From Clostridia bacterium (lineage in GTDB: Bacteria; Bacillota; Clostridia; JAAYHZ01), in the NCBI GenBank assembly GCA_050950825.1, contig JBMNIH010000006.1, positions 128,001 to 192,000 on the forward strand: a stretch of DNA of 64,000 nt, in the 5' to 3' direction. The notes under the pieces were generated by a model. It saw only the letters and a program-made list of their open reading frames with translations, ran no database searches and had not been told where the DNA came from. Made by a program: the position numbers and the translations under genes. How positions within the stretch are numbered: the first letter of the stretch is position 1; the number at the start of each line of letters is the position of its first letter. Below, piece by piece: positions 59,703 to 64,000 of this stretch.

Positions 59703-62700
59703 TTATTGTCCTTTGTACGTTTGTACGTCTTCAATGACGAATTCCGTTATGCCTTCTCTTTCAAGCTGCGGATAGTAGGTCATTTTCGTCCGGTTTTCTC
59801 CCGTGAAAGCAAATCCGGGTTCCGCGTTTCCGATGTCCGCAACGGTACGGCCGTCCTTTTCAACGATTTCCGTGATATGATAACCGGTGTAGGTTTTGTC
59901 CGGATGTTTTACGATAATGTACTTTCCTTTCAGTCCTTCGTCCGGCTTGACGTCAAGAACAAAACCGTTCCGATCGTCTCCTTCGGATTTTGCCAAAACA
60001 TCCGTTACGATACCCGTAACGGAGCGGTTTTCGGACAGAGAGGCATTGCCATAGGTTAAGACATTCGCATCGACGCCCTGAAGCAATACGACCTTCCCGT
60101 CTTGTATTCGTACATAACCGAATTGGCCTTGGAAGCGAATCCCGTCAACCGTCACATCCAAGTCTTCCTCAAAAGCGCTGAAGATATAGTCGGTAAAGCC
60201 TTCTCCCGTCACCTTAACCGCAACGTCAAATTCATGCAACCCGTTTATATTCAACCGTTCCACATTCCTTACATAAGCTTTGTATTTGTCTGAAAACGGC
60301 TCCATCAACGTTACGAAGCATGAAGTCAAATTTTCGCCTTCCCTTCTTAACACCATTTTGTCCATGGTGTAGTCGTCCGCTTGGTCGTTCAGATCATAGG
60401 CGGTGGATTTTCTCGTGGCTCTCATGGAAGGCGCTTTCCCCATCATGATTTCCCCTTCCGTGTTCGTTCCGAAAATGTTGATTCCTGCGTTTTTGCCTAC
60501 ACCCTCTTCCGTGACGGTATAGGAGATAAAGTAAGGCTCATCCTTCAAATCCGCCGCTTTTACGTCATGTACGAACATATAGGCGGTGTAGTGGCCGCCG
60601 GCATAACCGGATTCCGTCTCGCCTTTTGGCTTTACGTAAGGGGTTCCTTCGGGAAGGAGGGTTTCGTATTCTCTTTCCCATTTTATATCGGTATTCAGTT
60701 CATAGTTATAATCGGCGCACATGTTTAAGGTATATTCGTGCCGATTTCCACCTTTGACTCGGAATATATCCAGAACATAGCCTTCGGGTCCTTTTTCATT
60801 GATGGGAACATAAATCACTTCACGGTCATAGACATCCGTTTCTTTGTAGGCATTTACATCGAATGCCCGCATCACGCCTACGGTGTTATCGGAAGGGACA
60901 TAGCGTAAAGTGCTTCCTACATGCCTGCTTTGGGTATTTTTTTGGTTTACGACAACCGTGTTATGCGCAAGGGTGGACAATGTCCATGACCGGTTGTAGG
61001 TATGGGTGTATCCCAAATCCGGCAGCAGTTCCACTCCGTAGCCGAAAATATTCATATTCAAAACGTCGAAATGTTCATGTCCGTATTTCGGAACATAAGT
61101 CATCACCGCTTGGGTCACGTTGCTTTTCAAGGCGTCCGTATTTCCCGTCAAACGAGCGATGCCCGATGCGGACATCAGCACGTTTTTAAACGAATCGTTG
61201 CTTTTCTGCCCGCCGTCGGAAGCATGGGTGTCCATAATCGTAAGGTGTTTGCCGTTCGGATAGGACAAAAGGCTCGGTACGGTTTGAGACGTTCTTAATA
61301 TGGGGTACTTATCCAAGAATTTAAAGTTTTCAATACGTTCTCCCGTTCCGGGATAGATGTAGCCTTCCGGGTCCGTATATCGGGTCACCAACCCTAACAC
61401 GTTATACAATCCGGTTGTAATCTGCCTGTGGTAGGAAACGGTGACTTCCTTCCAAAAGCCGTCGAACAGATAATTGTTTTTCACGAAAGTATCCACCCGT
61501 TCCAAGGCAATGTGGATATAATCGGGATTTTCCAAAGCTTTTCCGATTCGTATCAACCCCTGCCATTGAACGTAATCCATATTGCCGTTCATGACGCCGT
61601 AGGATTCCGATAAAGCGATTCCGTCTTTGATAATGTACAGGATCTCTTCATGGAAATCGCGATTTTTTTCTTGCCCTAATTTTTCCAAAGCGTTTGTTTT
61701 CCGAACCTCGGCGTAGGCTTCGGCGATGGATGCCACCATATCAAGGTCGCCGTAAAACCACCTCGTCCAAAAACCGCCGAAGTAAGCGTAAGGAGGTCCT
61801 GCCGGCTTGGGTATCGGGTAATTGGTGTAGTAATAATCAATAGCCGGAGCGTAATTATCGTAATTTTCACAGATTTTGGCCAATACACGGGCGGCTCCCG
61901 CCGGGTCGATTTTCGCAAGCTCCGGCAAAGCGGAGACTACGTACTCTCGTTGGTGTGCCCACAGGGAGGGAGTAAAGTAACAGATGACGCCGTCTTTATC
62001 TATGTAATACGGGTATTCCACCATGTTCCCGTTTCCGTTATCAAATCGGTAAACCTCGGTCTCGGGAAACTCGGCATTTGGGTACATATCTCCGGTTTTG
62101 TTGGATTTGATTTGGTGAGGATACAGGATGTTATAGGTATACAAAGCATAGGGACGAAGGCTCGTATCTTTCGGATCCGGAATATTTTTAATACCCAAAT
62201 ACGGAGGGGTAATATCCAAAAGAAGCTTCGCTCTGTCGGTTATAGCGGAAATATCCACGTCTTTTTTTTCGGATTCCGCAGTCACCCGATTTTTAAGCTC
62301 CTTGTTCGCCGCTTCAATAAAAGCGGTTTTCTCTATGTATATGGATGTATCGTTCGGATCTCCCAAATGAATTTGGTACATGCCGGCCTCCGACACCGGC
62401 GGATGGCTGAATGTCAATACGTCCATTCCCTTGGAGCGTTTTTTCGTAAATTCAAGGTCTATCGTCTTTCCTTTCGGGTCTTTCCAAGTCAACCGGTAAT
62501 CGGACTTTTTCGAAGCTACGGCAATCTCAAGGGTATTGACACCCACACAATCTATACGGATTTCCGGTTCATCTTTTTTAAAATCCGCCGGATCCTTTGT
62601 CCATTTCATGTCCGGCATCCTGCCCTGCTCGCCTAAGAACATGTTAAAGTTCACCGCATTGTTGGAATAGTCGTTAAAATACGAATTGGCGATGGGAAAA

Positions 62701-63311
62701 TAGGATGCTGCGGCATTGGCGCCCCAGTCCACTTTTATGACGTTAAATTGCAGGCTTTCACCGTTTCCGGGGAGCTTGTTTAAAGGTACGGTAACAAAAG
62801 CTTCGTACCCGCCTTCCACGGGATTAATTTTTGTTGTCACGTCTCGAAGGTAAATGCGATCCGCATCATTGAAGTATATGTTCACCGACCACTTCTGCTC
62901 GTAAACCGTGTCAATGATATAGATAGGGCCCGTTTTACCGGCTTCCCGTATGAATATGGCATGCTGTTTGTTTTTGGATTCCGCATGCTCGTATCGGTTT
63001 TCATAAAAGAGCTTGAAATACAGGTTCTCCCGGTCTTTCAGGACTTGAAAACGATCCTCATAGTTCAAATCTTCTCCCGAGTAAAACCTTTTTGATATGC
63101 CGTAAGAAGGGATTTTATTGAACAGCTCCAAAATTTCGTCTTCCGATCCTCCCTCGGTTTCATAACCGAGAAGGGAATATCGGTAGAAAGAAACCTTTTC
63201 CCTGTATCCGAGACTTGCATCCTGAGCGGATTCCGGGCTGCAGGAAGACGTTAAAATAAACAGACCGAAAACGAAGAAGATCCCGATTCTTTTGCTTATT
63301 TTTATTTTCAT
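59703..63311 (-). CDS. Heparinase II/III-family polysaccharide lyase-like lipoprotein (1202 aa)
   Basis: Lipobox LTSSC; DGFWKEVTVSYH, GHEHFD...ELLPDLGY, STLAHNTVVV motifs. Confidence 0.8.
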   Translation of the reverse strand: MKIKISKRIGIFFVFGLFILTSSCSPESAQDASLGYREKVSFYRYSLLGYETEGGSEDEILELFNKIPSYGISKRFYSGEDLNYEDRFQVLKDRENLYFKLFYENRYEHAESKNKQHAIFIREAGKTGPIYIIDTVYEQKWSVNIYFNDADRIYLRDVTTKINPVEGGYEAFVTVPLNKLPGNGESLQFNVIKVDWGANAAASYFPIANSYFNDYSNNAVNFNMFLGEQGRMPDMKWTKDPADFKKDEPEIRIDCVGVNTLEIAVASKKSDYRLTWKDPKGKTIDLEFTKKRSKGMDVLTFSHPPVSEAGMYQIHLGDPNDTSIYIEKTAFIEAANKELKNRVTAESEKKDVDISAITDRAKLLLDITPPYLGIKNIPDPKDTSLRPYALYTYNILYPHQIKSNKTGDMYPNAEFPETEVYRFDNGNGNMVEYPYYIDKDGVICYFTPSLWAHQREYVVSALPELAKIDPAGAARVLAKICENYDNYAPAIDYYYTNYPIPKPAGPPYAYFGGFWTRWFYGDLDMVASIAEAYAEVRKTNALEKLGQEKNRDFHEEILYIIKDGIALSESYGVMNGNMDYVQWQGLIRIGKALENPDYIHIALERVDTFVKNNYLFDGFWKEVTVSYHRQITTGLYNVLGLVTRYTDPEGYIYPGTGERIENFKFLDKYPILRTSQTVPSLLSYPNGKHLTIMDTHASDGGQKSNDSFKNVLMSASGIARLTGNTDALKSNVTQAVMTYVPKYGHEHFDVLNMNIFGYGVELLPDLGYTHTYNRSWTLSTLAHNTVVVNQKNTQSRHVGSTLRYVPSDNTVGVMRAFDVNAYKETDVYDREVIYVPINEKGPEGYVLDIFRVKGGNRHEYTLNMCADYNYELNTDIKWEREYETLLPEGTPYVKPKGETESGYAGGHYTAYMFVHDVKAADLKDEPYFISYTVTEEGVGKNAGINIFGTNTEGEIMMGKAPSMRATRKSTAYDLNDQADDYTMDKMVLRREGENLTSCFVTLMEPFSDKYKAYVRNVERLNINGLHEFDVAVKVTGEGFTDYIFSAFEEDLDVTVDGIRFQGQFGYVRIQDGKVVLLQGVDANVLTYGNASLSENRSVTGIVTDVLAKSEGDDRNGFVLDVKPDEGLKGKYIIVKHPDKTYTGYHITEIVEKDGRTVADIGNAEPGFAFTGENRTKMTYYPQLEREGITEFVIEDVQTYKGQ

Positions 63312-63347
63312 GGCTATTTCCTTTCCGTATTCGAATCCTTTTTCGTT

Positions 63348-63887
63348 TTAAAAAGCGGATTGGGCAACGGGTATATAGGTCAGCTTACCTTGGATTCGGA
63401 CACTTTCCATTAGCGTTAAGCTCTTTACTAGGTAAGGCTTCAAATTCGGCTTGATAACCTTTTTGATTTCCTCCAAATCCGTTTGAAGCTTTACCCGACG
63501 TCCTAAGGTAATGTGAGGCTTTAAAGGCTTGTCATCGCCTTGTATCCCCGCTTCAATAAGGCCTCGATCCAGCTTTTTTCTTATCTTTAATAAAGGCTCC
63601 GACTCTTTCATCCCTAACCATAAAATGTGCTCCGGTCCGGTTTTGAAGGTTCCGAAATCGGTAAACTCAAGGGTAAAAGGATCCGCCGATTCCACGGCGG
63701 CATCCATGACTTTTTTAATGACCGGTATTGCTTCTTCACCGACCTCCCCTATGAATTTCACGGTTAAATGGATGTTTTCTTTGTGTGTAAAGCTTCCCGC
63801 TTTTGTATAGGATTTAAATCTTTCTCCGTATTCAAAGATGACATCCTTTGTTTTATCGTCAAACGTAATGGCAATAAAGGTTCTCAA
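63348..63887 (-). CDS. thpR: RNA 2',3'-cyclic phosphodiesterase (2H, LigT-like)
   Basis: MRTFIAI, two HxT motifs (HLTVKF, PHITLGR). Confidence 0.92.
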   Translation of the reverse strand: MRTFIAITFDDKTKDVIFEYGERFKSYTKAGSFTHKENIHLTVKFIGEVGEEAIPVIKKVMDAAVESADPFTLEFTDFGTFKTGPEHILWLGMKESEPLLKIRKKLDRGLIEAGIQGDDKPLKPHITLGRRVKLQTDLEEIKKVIKPNLKPYLVKSLTLMESVRIQGKLTYIPVAQSAF

Positions 63888-63900
63888 ATCATCATCTCCG

Positions 63901-64000
63901 TTATTTTATTTTAAATCGACAGAATCGAATGATTCCCAACCCGTTTTCCACACACCAAAAACTAAGCAATATGGTGCCGTCCTTGCATTTTAGCATATGA
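63901..64000 (-). CDS. 3' end of an upstream gene, possibly a sialidase/BNR-repeat beta-propeller protein (partial)
   Basis: Open frame HMLKCKDGTILLSFWCVENGLGIIRFCRFKIK* ending just before thpR; DG...FW pattern. Confidence 0.45.
   Translation of the reverse strand, partial: HMLKCKDGTILLSFWCVENGLGIIRFCRFKIK

Noticed and set aside
63965-64000. TGGTGCCG resembling a reverse-complemented tRNA CCA end
   Set aside because: No T-arm (GTTCGA) or cloverleaf nearby; better explained as the coding 3' end of a minus-strand gene.

Overview
Chromosomal segment of a spore-forming, anaerobic Firmicute (Clostridia-like; PFOR, spoIIP, pdaA-like, minCDE, mreBCD, nifSU, thiI). Between about 11.3 and 28.7 kb lies an AT-richer accessory block: a hairpin-rich non-coding stretch, an intact IS256-family element, a truncated DDE (IS1182/IS5-like) element cut by an IS21, a 37-repeat type I-C CRISPR array whose old end abuts the IS21 terminus, and a complete cas3-5-8c-7-4-1-2 operon. 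A second Mutator-type IS (ISLre2 family) sits at 46.6-48.6 kb, flanked by a 72-bp duplication. After it comes an uncharacterised, probably ROK-regulated catabolic cluster and a heparinase II/III-like lipoprotein. The most striking unexplained signal is a ~163-bp covarying hairpin carried by both the IS256 and the ISLre2 element downstream of their transposases. It resembles the RNA-polymerase-primed single-strand origin ssoA of rolling-circle plasmids (RS_B motif plus -35/-10) and lies in opposite orientations relative to the two transposase genes. All family assignments come from motif recognition by eye; no searches were run.
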